Source: the human T2T-CHM13v2.0 reference genome, Homo sapiens. From it: a stretch of DNA of 64,000 nt. The stretch lies in the NCBI RefSeq assembly GCF_009914755.1, contig NC_060925.1, one strand, 5' to 3'. Positions 39,401 to 50,900 of the stretch are shown here, piece after piece; positions within the stretch are counted from its first letter, which is position 1, and each line of letters begins with the position of its first letter. Both the position numbers and the translations under genes were made by a program. The notes under the pieces were generated by a model. The model was not told where the DNA came from. It worked only from the letters and a program-made list of their open reading frames with translations, and made no database searches.

Positions 39401-40460
39401 TTCTTCTGTCTAGCAGAATATGAAGAAATCCCGTTTCCAACGAAGGCCACAAGATGTCAGAATATCCACTTACAGACTTTACAAACAGTGTGTTTCCTAA
39501 CTGCTCTATGAACGGAAAGGTTAAACTCTGTGAGTTGAACGAACACATCACAACGCAGTTTGTGGGAATGATTCTGTCTAGTTTTGAAACGAAGATATTT
39601 CCTTTTCTGCCATTGACCTTAAAGCGCTTGAAATCTACACTTGCAAATTGCACAAATAGAGTGTTTCAAATCTGCTCTGTCTAAGGGAACGTTCAACTCT
39701 GTGAGTTGAATGCACACAACACAAGGAAGTTACTGGGAATTCTTCTGTCTAGCCTTACATGAAAAAAACCCGTTTCCAACGAAGGCCTCTAAGTGGTCAA
39801 AATATCCACGTGCAGACTTTACAAACAGAGTGTTTCCAAACCGCTGAATGAAAAGAAAAGTTAAACTCTGAGAGTTGAACGCACACATCACGCAGCAGTT
39901 TCTGAGAATGATTCTGTCTAGTTTTTATACGAAGATATTTCCTTTTCTGCCTTTGGCCCCAAAGCGCTTGAAATCTCCACTTGCAAATTCCACAAAAACA
40001 GTGTTTCAAATCTGCTCTCTCTAAATGAAAGTTCAACTCTGTCAGTTGAATACACACAACACAAGGAAGTTACTGAGAATTCTTCTGTCTAGCATAATAT
40101 GAAGAAATCCCGTTTCCAACGAAGGCCTCAAAGGGGTCTGAATATCCACTTGCAGACTTTATAAACAGAGTGTTTACTAACTGCTCTATGAAAAGAAAAG
40201 TTAAACTCTGTGTGTTGAACGCACACATCACAAAGGAGTTTCTGAGAATCATTCTGTCTAGTCTTTATACGAAGATATTTCCTTTTCTACCATTGACCTC
40301 AAAGCGGCTGAAATCTCCACTTGCAAATTCCACAAAAAGAGTGTTTCAAGTCTGCTCTGTGTAAAGGATCGTTCAACTCTGTGAGTTGAATACACACAAC
40401 ACAAGGAAGTTACTGAGAATTCTTCTGTCTAGCAGAATATGAAGAAATCCCGTTTCCAAC
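36440..40460 (-). repeat. About 3 tandem copies of a 1355-bp 8-mer HOR variant carrying the 4-bp deletion dimer
   Basis: Anchors at 36744, 38099 and 39454; deletion dimers at 36441, 37796 and 39151. Copies are nearly identical. Confidence 0.88.
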
Positions 40461-43400
40461 GAAGGCCACAAGATGTCAGAATATCCACTTACAGACTTTA
40501 CAAACAGAGTGTTTCCTAACTGCTCTATGAACAGAAAGGTTAAACTCTATGAGTTGAACGAACACATCACAACGCAGTTTGTGGGAATGATTCTGTCTAG
40601 TTTTGAAACGAAGATATTTCCTTTTCTGCCATTGACCTTAAAGCGCTTGAAATCTACACTTGCAAATTGCACAAATAGAGTGTTTCAAATCTGCTCTGTC
40701 TAAGGGAACGTTCAACTCTGTGAGTTGAATGCACACAACACAAGGAAGTTACTGGGAATTCTTCTGTCTAGCCTTACATGAAAAAAACCCGTTTCCAACG
40801 AAGGCCTCTAAGTGGTCAAAATATCCACGTGCAGACTTTACAAACAGAGTGTTTCCAAACCGCTGAATGAAAAGAAAAGTTAAACTCTGAGAGTTGAACG
40901 CACACATCACGCAGCAGTTTCTGAGAATGATTCTGTCTAGTTTTTATACGAAGATATTTCCTTTTCTGCCTTTGGCCCCAAAGCGCTTGAAATCTCCATT
41001 TGCAAATTCCACAAAAACAGTGTTTCAAATCTGCTCTCTCTAAATGAAAGTTCAACTCTGTCAGTTGAATACACACAACACAAGGAAGTTACTGAGAATT
41101 CTTCTGTCTAGCATAATATGAAGAAATCCCGTTTCCAACGAAGGCCTCAAAGGGGTCTGAATATCCACTTGCAGACGTTATAAACAGAGTGTTTACTAAC
41201 TGCTCTATGAAAAGAAAGGTTAAACTCTGTGAGTTGAACACACACATCACAAAGGAGTTTCTGAGAATCATTCTGTCTAGTTTTTCTACGAAGATATTTC
41301 CTTTTCTACTATTGACCTCAAAGCGGCTGAAATCTCCACTTGCAAATTCCACAAAAAGAGTGTTTCAAGTCTGCTCTGTGTAAAGGATCGTTCAACTCTG
41401 CGAGTTCAATACACACAACACAAGGAAGTTACTGAGAATTCTTCTGTCTAGCAGAATATGAAGAAATCCCGTTTCCAACGAAGGCCTCAAAGAGGTCTGA
41501 ATATCCACTTGCAGACTTTACAAACAGAGTGTTTCCTAACTGCTCTATGAAAAGAAAGGTTAAACTCTGTGAGTTGTACGCACACATCACAAAGGAGTTT
41601 CTGAGAATCATTCTGTCTAGTTTCTATAGGAAGATATTTCCTATTCTATCATTGACCTCAAAGCGGCTGAAATCTCCACTTGCAAATTCCACAAAAAGAG
41701 TGTTTCAAGTCTGCTCTCTGTAAAGGATCGTTCAACTCTGTGAGTTGAATACACACAACACAAGGAAGTTACTGAGAATTATTCTGTCTAGCATAATATG
41801 AAGAAATCCCGTTTCCAGCGAAGGCCTCAAAGAGGTCTGAATATCCACTTGCAGACTTTACAAACAGAGTGTTTCCTAACTGCTCTATGAAAAGAAAAGT
41901 TAAACTCTGTGTGTTGAACGCACACATCACAAAGGAGTTTCTGAGAATCATTCTGTCTAGTCTTTATACGAAGATATTTCCTTTTCTACCATTGACCTCA
42001 AAGCGGCTGAAATCTCCACTTGCAAATTCCACAAAAAGAGTGTTTCAAGTCTGCTCTCTGTAAAGGATCGTTCAACTCTGTGAGTTGAATACACACAACA
42101 CAAGGAAGTTACTGAGAATTCTTCTGTCTAGCAGAATATGAAGAAATCCCGTTTCCAACGAAGGCGTCAAAGAGGTCTGAATATCCACTTGCAGACTTTA
42201 CAAACAGAGTGTTTCCTAACTGCTCTATGAAAAGAAAAGTTAAACTCTGTGAGTTGAACGCACACATCACAAAGGAGTTTCTGAGAATCATTCTGTCTAG
42301 TCTTTATACGAAGATATTTCCTTTTCTACCATTGACCTCAAATCGGCTGCAATCTCCACTTGCAAATTCCACAAAAAGAGTGTTTCAAGTCTGCTCTCTG
42401 TAAAGGATCGTTCAACTCTGTGAGTTGAATACACACAACACAAGGAAGTTACTGAGAATTATTCTGTCTAGCATAATATGAAGAAATCCCGTTTCCAACG
42501 AAGGCCTCAAAGAGGTCTGAATATACACTTGCAGACTTTACAAACAGAGTGTTTCCTAACTGCTCTATGAAAAGAAAAGTTAAACTCTGTGAGTTGAACG
42601 CACACATCACAAAGGAGTTTCTGAGAATCATTCTGTCTAGTCTTTATACGAAGATATTTCCTTTTCTACCATTGACCTCAAAGCGGCTGAAATCTCCACT
42701 TGCAAATTCCACAAAAAGAGTGTTTCAAGTCTGCTCTGTGTAAAGGATCGTTCAACTCTGTGAGTTGAATACACACAACACAAGGAAGTTACTGAGAATT
42801 CTTCTGTCTAGCAGAATATGAAGAAATCCCGTTTCCAACGAAGACCTCAAGGAGGTCTGAATATCCACTTGCAGACTTTAGAGAGTGTTTCCTAACTGCT
42901 CTATGAAAAGAAAGGTTAAACTCTGTGAGTTGAACGCACACATCACAAAGGAGTTTCTGAGAATCATTCTGTCTAGTCTTTATACGAAGATATTTCCTTT
43001 TCTACCATTGACCTCAAAGTGGCTGAAATCTCCACTTGCAAATTCCACAAAAAGAGTGTTTCAAGTCTGCTCTGTGTAAAGGATCGTTCAACTCTGTGAG
43101 TTGAATACACACAACACAAGGAAGTTACTGAGAATTCTTCTGTCTAGCAGAATATGAAGAAATCCCGTTTCCAACGAAGGCCACAAGATGTCAGAATATC
43201 CACTTACAGACTTTACAAACAGTGTGTTTCCTAACTGCTCTATGAACGGAAAGGTTAAACTCTGTGAGTTGAACGAACACATCACAACGCAGTTTGTGGG
43301 AATGATTCTGTCTAGTTTTGAAACGAAGATATTTCCTTTTCTGCCATTGACCTTAAAGCGCTTGAAATCTACACTTGCAAATTGCACAAATAGAGTGTTT

Positions 43401-46400
43401 CAAATCTGCTCTGTCTAAGGGAACGTTCAACTCTGTGAGTTGAATGCACACAACACAAGGAAGTTACTGGGAATTCTTCTGTCTAGCCTTACATGAAAAA
43501 AACCCGTTTCCAACGAAGGCCTCTAAGTGGTCAAAATATCCACGTGCAGACTTTACAAACAGAGTGTTTCCAAACCGCTGAATGAAAAGAAAAGTTAAAC
43601 TCTGAGAGTTCAACGCACACATCACGCAGCAGTTTCTGAGAATGATTCTGTCTAGTTTTTATACGAAGATATTTCCTTTTCTGCCTTTGGCCCCAAAGCG
43701 CTTGAAATCTCCACTTGCAAATTCCACAAAAACAGTGTTTCAAATCTGCTCTCTCTAAATGAAAGTTCAACTCTGTCAGTTGAATACACACAACACAAGG
43801 AAGTTACTGAGAATTCTTCTGTCTAGCATAATATGAAGAAATCCCGTTTCCAACGAAGGCCTCAAAGGGGTCTGAATATCCACTTGCAGACTTTATAAAC
43901 AGAGTGTTTACTAACTTCTCTATGAAAAGAAAAGTTAAACTCTGTGTGTTGAACGCACACATCACAAAGGAGTTTCTGAGAATCATTCTGTCTAGTCTTT
44001 ATACGAAGATATTTCCTTTTCTACCATTGACCTCAAAGCGGCTGAAATCTCCACTTGCAAATTCCACAAAAAGAGTGTTTCAAGTCTGCTCTCTGTAAAG
44101 GATCGTTCAACTCTGTGAGTTGAATACACACAACACAAGGAAGTTACTGAGAATTCTTCTGTCTAGCAGAATATGAAGAAATCCCGTTTCCAACGAAGGC
44201 CAGAAGATGTCAGAATATCCACTTACAGACTTTACAAACAGAGTGTTTCCTAACTGCTCTATGAACGGAAAGGTTAAACTCTGTGAGTTGAACGAACACA
44301 TCACAACGCAGTTTGTGGGAATGATTCTGTCTAGTTTTGAAACGAAGATATTTCCTTTTCTGCCATTGACCTTAAAGCGCTTGAAATCTACACTTGCAAA
44401 TTGCACAAATAGAGTGTTTCAAATCTGCTCTGTCTAAGGGAACGTTCAACTCTGTGAGTTGAATGCACACAACACAAGGAAGTTACTGGGAATTCTTCTG
44501 TCTAGCCTTACATGAAAAAAACCCGTTTCCAACGAAGGCCTCTAAGTGGTCAAAATATCCACGTGCAGACTTTACAAACAGAGTGTTTCCAAACCGCTGA
44601 ATGAAAAGAAAAGTTAAACTCTGAGAGTTGAACGCACACATCACGCAGCAGTTTCTGAGAATGATTCTGTCTAGTTTTTATACGAAGATATTTCCTTTTC
44701 TGCCTTTGGCCCCAAAGCGCTTGAAATCTCCACTTGCAAATTCCACAAAAACAGTGTTTCAAATCTGCTCTCTCTAAATGAAAGTTCAACTCTGTCAGTT
44801 GAATACACACAACACAAGGAAGTTACTGAGAATTCTTCTGTCTAGCATAATATGAAGAAATCCCGTTTCCAACGAAGGCCTCAAAGGGGTCTGAATATCC
44901 ACTTGCAGACTTTATAAACAGAGTGTTTACCAACTTCTCTATGAAAAGAAAAGTTAAACTCTGTGTGTTGAACGCACACATCACAAAGGAGTTTCTGAGA
45001 ATCATTCTGTCTAGTCTTTATACGAAGATATTTCCTTTTCTACCATTGACCTCAAAGCGGCTGAAATCTCCACTTGCAAATTCCACAAAAAGAGTGTTTC
45101 AAGTCTGCTCTCTGTAAAGGATCGTTCAACTCTGTGAGTTGAATACACACAACACAAGGAAGTTACTGAGAATTCTTCTGTCTAGCAGAATATGAAGAAA
45201 TCCCGTTTCCAACGAAGGCCTCAAAGAGGTCTGAATATCCACTTGCAGACGTTACAAACAGAGTGTTTCCTTACTGCTCTATGAAAAGAAAAGTTAAACT
45301 CTGTGAGTTGAACGCACACATCACAAAGGAGTTTCTGAGAATCATTCTGTCTAGTCTTTATACGAAGATATTTCCTTTTCTACCATTGACCACAAAGCGG
45401 CTGAAATCTCCACTTGCAAATTCCACAAAAAGAGTGTTTCAAGTCTGCTCTGTGTAAAGGATCGTTCAACTCTGTGAGTTGAATACACACAACACAAGGA
45501 AGTTACTGAGAATTCTTCTGTCTAGCAGAATATGAAGAAATCCCGTTTCCAACGAAGGCCACAAGATGTCAGAATATCCACTTACAGACTTTACAAACAG
45601 AGTGTTTCCTAACTGCTCTATGAAAACAAAGGTTAAACTCTGTGAGTTGAACGAACACATCACAACGCAGTTTGTGGGAATGATTCTGTCTAGTTTTGAA
45701 ACGAAGATATTCCCTTTTCTGCCATTGACCTTAAAGCGCTTGAAATCTACACTTGCAAATTGCACAAATAGAGTGTTTCAAATCTGCTCTGTCTAAGGGA
45801 ACGTTCAACTCTGTGAGTTGAATGCACACAACACAAGGAAGTTACTGGGAATTCTTCTGTCTAGCCTTACATGAAAAAAACCCGTTTCCAACGAAGGCCT
45901 CTAAGTGGTCAAAATATCCACGTGCAGACTTTACAAACAGAGTGTTTCCAAACCGCTGAATGAAAAGAAAAGTTAAACTCTGAGAGTTGAACGCACACAT
46001 CACGCAGCAGTTTCTGAGAATGATTCTGTCTAGTTTTTATACGAAGATATTTCCTTTTCTGCCTTTGGCCCGAAAGCGCTTGAAATCTCCACTTGCAAAT
46101 TCCACAAAAACAGTGTTTCAAATCTGCTCTCTCTAAATGAAAGTTCAACTCTGTCAGTTGAATACACACAACACAAGGAAGTTACTGAGAATTCTTCTGT
46201 CTAGCATAATATGAAGAAATCCCGTTTCCAACGAAGGCCTCAAAGGGGTCTGAATATCCACATGCAGACTGTATAAACAGAGTGTTTACTAACTTCTCTA
46301 TGAAAAGAAAAGTTAAACTCTGTGTGTTGAACGCACACATCACAAAGGAGTTTCTGAGAATCATTCTGTCTAGTCTTTATACGAAGATATTTCCTTTTCT

Positions 46401-47909
46401 ACCATTGACCTCAAAGCGGCTGAAATCTCCACTTGCAAATTCCACAAAAAGAGTGTTTCAAGTCTGCTCTCTGTAAAGGATCCTTCAACTCTGTGAGTTG
46501 AATACACACAACACAAGGAAGTTACTGAGAATTCTTCTGTCTAGCAGAATATGAAGAAATCCCGTTTCCAACGAAGGCCTCAAACAGGTCTGAATATCCA
46601 CTTGCAGACTTTACAAACAGAGTGTTTCCTAACTGCTCTATGAAAAGAAAAGTTAAACTCTGTGAGTTGAACGCACACATCACAAAGGAGTTTCTGAGAA
46701 TCATTCTGTCTAGTCTTTATACGAAGATATTTCCTTTTCTACCATTGACCTCAAAGCGGCTGAAATCTCCACTTGCAAATTCCACAAAAAGAGTGTTTCA
46801 AGTCTGCTCTCTGTAAAGGATCGTTCAACTCTGTGAGTTGAATAGACACAACACAAGGAAGTTACTGAGAATTCTTCTGTCTAGCAGAATATGAAGAAAT
46901 CCCGTTTCCAACGAAGGCCACAAGATGTCAGAATATCCACTTACAGACTTTACAAACAGAGTGTTTCCTAACTGCTCTATGAACAGAAAGGTTAAACTCT
47001 GTGAGTTGAACGAACACATCACAACGCAGTTTGTGGGAATGATTCTGTCTAGTTTTGAAACGAAGATATTTCCTTTTCTGCCATTGACCTTAAATCGCTT
47101 GAAATCTACACTTGCAAATTGCACAAATAGAGTGTTTCAAATCTGCTCTGTCTAAGGGAACGTTCAACTCTGTGAGTTGAATGCACACAACACAAGGAAG
47201 TTACTGGGAATTCTTCTGTCTAGCCTTACATGAAAAAAACCCGTTTCCAACGAAGGCCTCTAAGTGGTCAAAATATCCACGTGCAGACTTTACAAACAGA
47301 GTGTTTCCAAACCGCTGAATGAAAAGAAAAGTTAAACTCTGAGAGTTGAACGCACACATCACGCAGCAGTTTCTGAGAATGATTCTGTCTAGTTTTTATA
47401 CGAAGATATTTCCTTTTCTGCCTTTGGCCCCAAAGCGCTTGAAATCTCCACTTGCAAATTCCACAAAAACAGTGTTTCAAATCTGCTCTCTCTAAATGAA
47501 AGTTCAACTCTGTCAGTTGAATACACACAACACAAGGAAGTTACTGAGAATTCTTCTGTCTAGCATAATATGAAGAAATCCCGTTTCCAACGAAGGCCTC
47601 AAAGGGGTCTGAATATCCACTTGCAGACTTTATAAACAGAGTGTTTACTAACTGCTCTATGAAAAGAAAGGTTAAACTCTGTGAGTTGAACACACACATC
47701 ACAAAGGAGTTTCTGAGAATCATTCTGTCTAGTTTTTCTACGAAGATATTTCCTTTTCTACTATTGACCTCGAAGCGGCTGAAATCTCCACTTGCAAATT
47801 CCACAAAAAGAGTGTTTCAAGTCTGCTCTGTGTAAAGGATCGTTCAACTCTGTGAGTTGAATACACACAACACAAGGAAGTTACTGAGAATTCTTCTGTC
47901 TAGCAGAAT

Positions 47910-50900
47910 ATGAAGAAATCCCGTTTCCAACGAAGGCCTCAAAGAGGTCTGAATATCCACTTGCAGACTTTACAAACAGAGTGTTTCCTAACTGCTCTAT
48001 GAAAAGAAAAGTTAAACTCTGTGAGTTGAACGCACACATCACAAAGGAGTTTCTGAGAATCATTCTGTCTAGTCTGTATAAGAAGATATTTCCTTTTCTA
48101 CCGTTGACCTCAAAGCGGCTGAAATCTCCACTTGCAAATTCCACAAAAAGAGTGTTTCAACTCCGCTCTGTGTAAAGGATCGTTCAACTCTGTGAGTTGA
48201 ATACACACAACACAAGGAAGTTACTGAGAATTCTTCTGTCTAGCAGAATATGAAGAAATCCCGTTTCCAACGAAGGCCTCAAGGAGGTCTGAATATCTAC
48301 TTGCAGACTTTACAAACAGAGTGTTTCCTAACTGCTCTATGAAAAGAAAGGTGAAACTCTGTGAGTTGAATGCACACATCACAAAGGAGTTTATGAGAAT
48401 CATTCTGTCTAGTTTCTATAGGAAGATATTTCCTATTCTACCATTGACCTCAAAGCGGCTGAAATCTCCACTTGCAAATTCCACAAAAAGAGTGTTTCAA
48501 GTCTGCTCTCTGTAAAGGATCGTTCAACTCTGTCAGTTGAATACACACAACACAAAGAAGTTACTGAGAATTATTCTGTCTAGCATAATATGAAGAAATC
48601 CCGTTTCCAACGAAGGCCTCAAAGAGGTCTGAATATCCACTTGCAGACTTTACAAACAGAGTTTTTCCTAACTGCTCTATGAAAAGAAAAGTTAAACTCT
48701 GTGAGTTGAACGCACACATCACAAAGGAGTTTCTGAGAATCATTCTGTCTAGTCTGTATAAGAAGATATTTCCTTTTCTACCATTGACCTCAAAGCGGCT
48801 GAAATCTCCACTTGCAAATTCCACAAAAAGAGTGTTTCAACTCCGCTCTGTGTAAAGGATCGTTCAACTCTGTGAGTTGAATACACACAACACAAGGAAG
48901 TTACTGAGAATTCTTCTGTCTAGCATAATATGAAGAAATCCCGTTTCCAACGAAGGCCTCAAAGAGGTCTGAATATCCACTTGCAGACTTTACAAACAGA
49001 GTGTTTCCTAACTGCTCTATGAAAAGAAAGGTTAAACTCTGTGAGTTGAACGCACACATTTCAAAGGAGATTCTGAGAATCATTCTATCTAGTCTTTATA
49101 CGAAGATATTTCCTTTTCTACCATTGACCTCAAAGCGGCTGAAATCTCCACTTGCAAATTCCACAAAAAGAGTGTTTCAAGTCTGCTCTGTGTAAAGGAT
49201 CGTTCAACTCTGTGAGTTGAATACACACAACACAAGGAAGTTAGTGAGAATTCTTCTGTCTAGCAGAATATGAAGAAATCCCGTTTCCAACGAAGGCCTC
49301 AAAGAGGTCTGAATATCCACTTGCAGACTTTACAAACAGAGTGTTTCCTAACTGCTCTATGAAAAGAAAAGTTAAACTCTGTGTGTTGAACGCACACATC
49401 ACAAAGGAGTTTCTGAGAATCATTCTGTCTAGTCTTTATACGAAGATATTTCCTTTTCTACCATTGACCTCAAAGCGGCTGAAATCTCCACTTGCAAATT
49501 CCACAAAAAGAGTGTTTAAAGTCTGCTCTCTGTAAAGGATCGTTCAACTCTGTGAGTTGAATACACACAGCACAAGGAAGTTACTGAGAATTCTTCTGTC
49601 TAGCAGAATATGAAGAAATCCCGTTTCCAACGAAGGCCTCAAAGAGGTCTGAATATCCACTTGCAGACTTTACAAACAGAGTGTTTCCTAACTGCTCTAT
49701 GAAAAGAAAAGTTGAACTCTGTGAGTTGAACGCACACATCACAAAGGAGTTTCTGAGAATCATTCTGTCTAGTCTTTATACGAAGATATTTCCTTTTCTA
49801 CCATTGACCTCAAAGCGGCTGAAATCTCCACTTGCAAATTCCACAAAAAGAGTGTTTCAAGTCTGCTCTCTGTAAAGGATCGTTCAACTCTGTGAGTTGA
49901 ATACACAGAACACAAGGAAGTTACTGAGAATTCTTCTGTCTAGCATAATATGAAGAAATCCCGTTTCCAACGAAGGCCTCAAGAGGTCTGAATATCCACT
50001 TGCAGACTTTACAAACAGAGTGTTTCCTAACTACTCTATGAATAGAAAAGTTAAACTCTGTGAGTTGAACGCACACATCACAAAGGAGTTTCTGAGAATC
50101 ATTCTGTCTAGTCTTTATACGAAGATATTTCCTTTTCTACCATTGACCTCAAAGCGGCTGAAATCTCCACTTGCAAATTCCACAAAAAGAGTGTTTCAAG
50201 TCTGCTCTGTGTAAAGGATCGTTCAACTCTGTGAGTTGAATAGACACAACACAAGGAAGTTACTGAGAATTCTTCTGTCTAGCAGAATATGAAGAAATCC
50301 CGTTTCCAAAGAAGGCCACAAGATGTCAGAATATCTACTTACAGACTTTACAAACAGAGTTTTTCCTAACTGCTCTATGAACAGAAAGGTTAAACTCTGT
50401 GAGTTGAACGAACACATCACAACGCAGTTTGTGGGAATGATTCTGTCTAGTTTTGAAACGAAGATATTTCCTTTTCTGCCATTGACCTTAAAGCGCTTGA
50501 AATCTACACTTTCAAATTGCACAAATAGAGTGTTTCAAATCTGCTCTGTCTAAGGGAACGTTCAACTCTGTGAGTTGAATGCACACAACACAAGGAAGTT
50601 ACTGGGAATTCTTCTGTCTAGCCTTACATGAAAAAAACCCGTTTCCAACGAAGGCCTCTAAGTGGTCAAAATATCCACGTGCAGACTTTACAAACAGAGT
50701 GTTTCCAAACCGCTGAATGAAAAGAAAAGTTAAACTCTGAGAGTTGAACGCACACATCACGCAGCAGTTTCTGAGAATGATTCTGTCTAGTTTTTATACG
50801 AAGATATTTCCTTTTCTGCCTTTGGCCCCAAAGCGCTTGAAATCTCCACTTGCAAATTCCACAAAAACAGTGTTTCAAATCTGCTCTCTCTAAATGAAAG

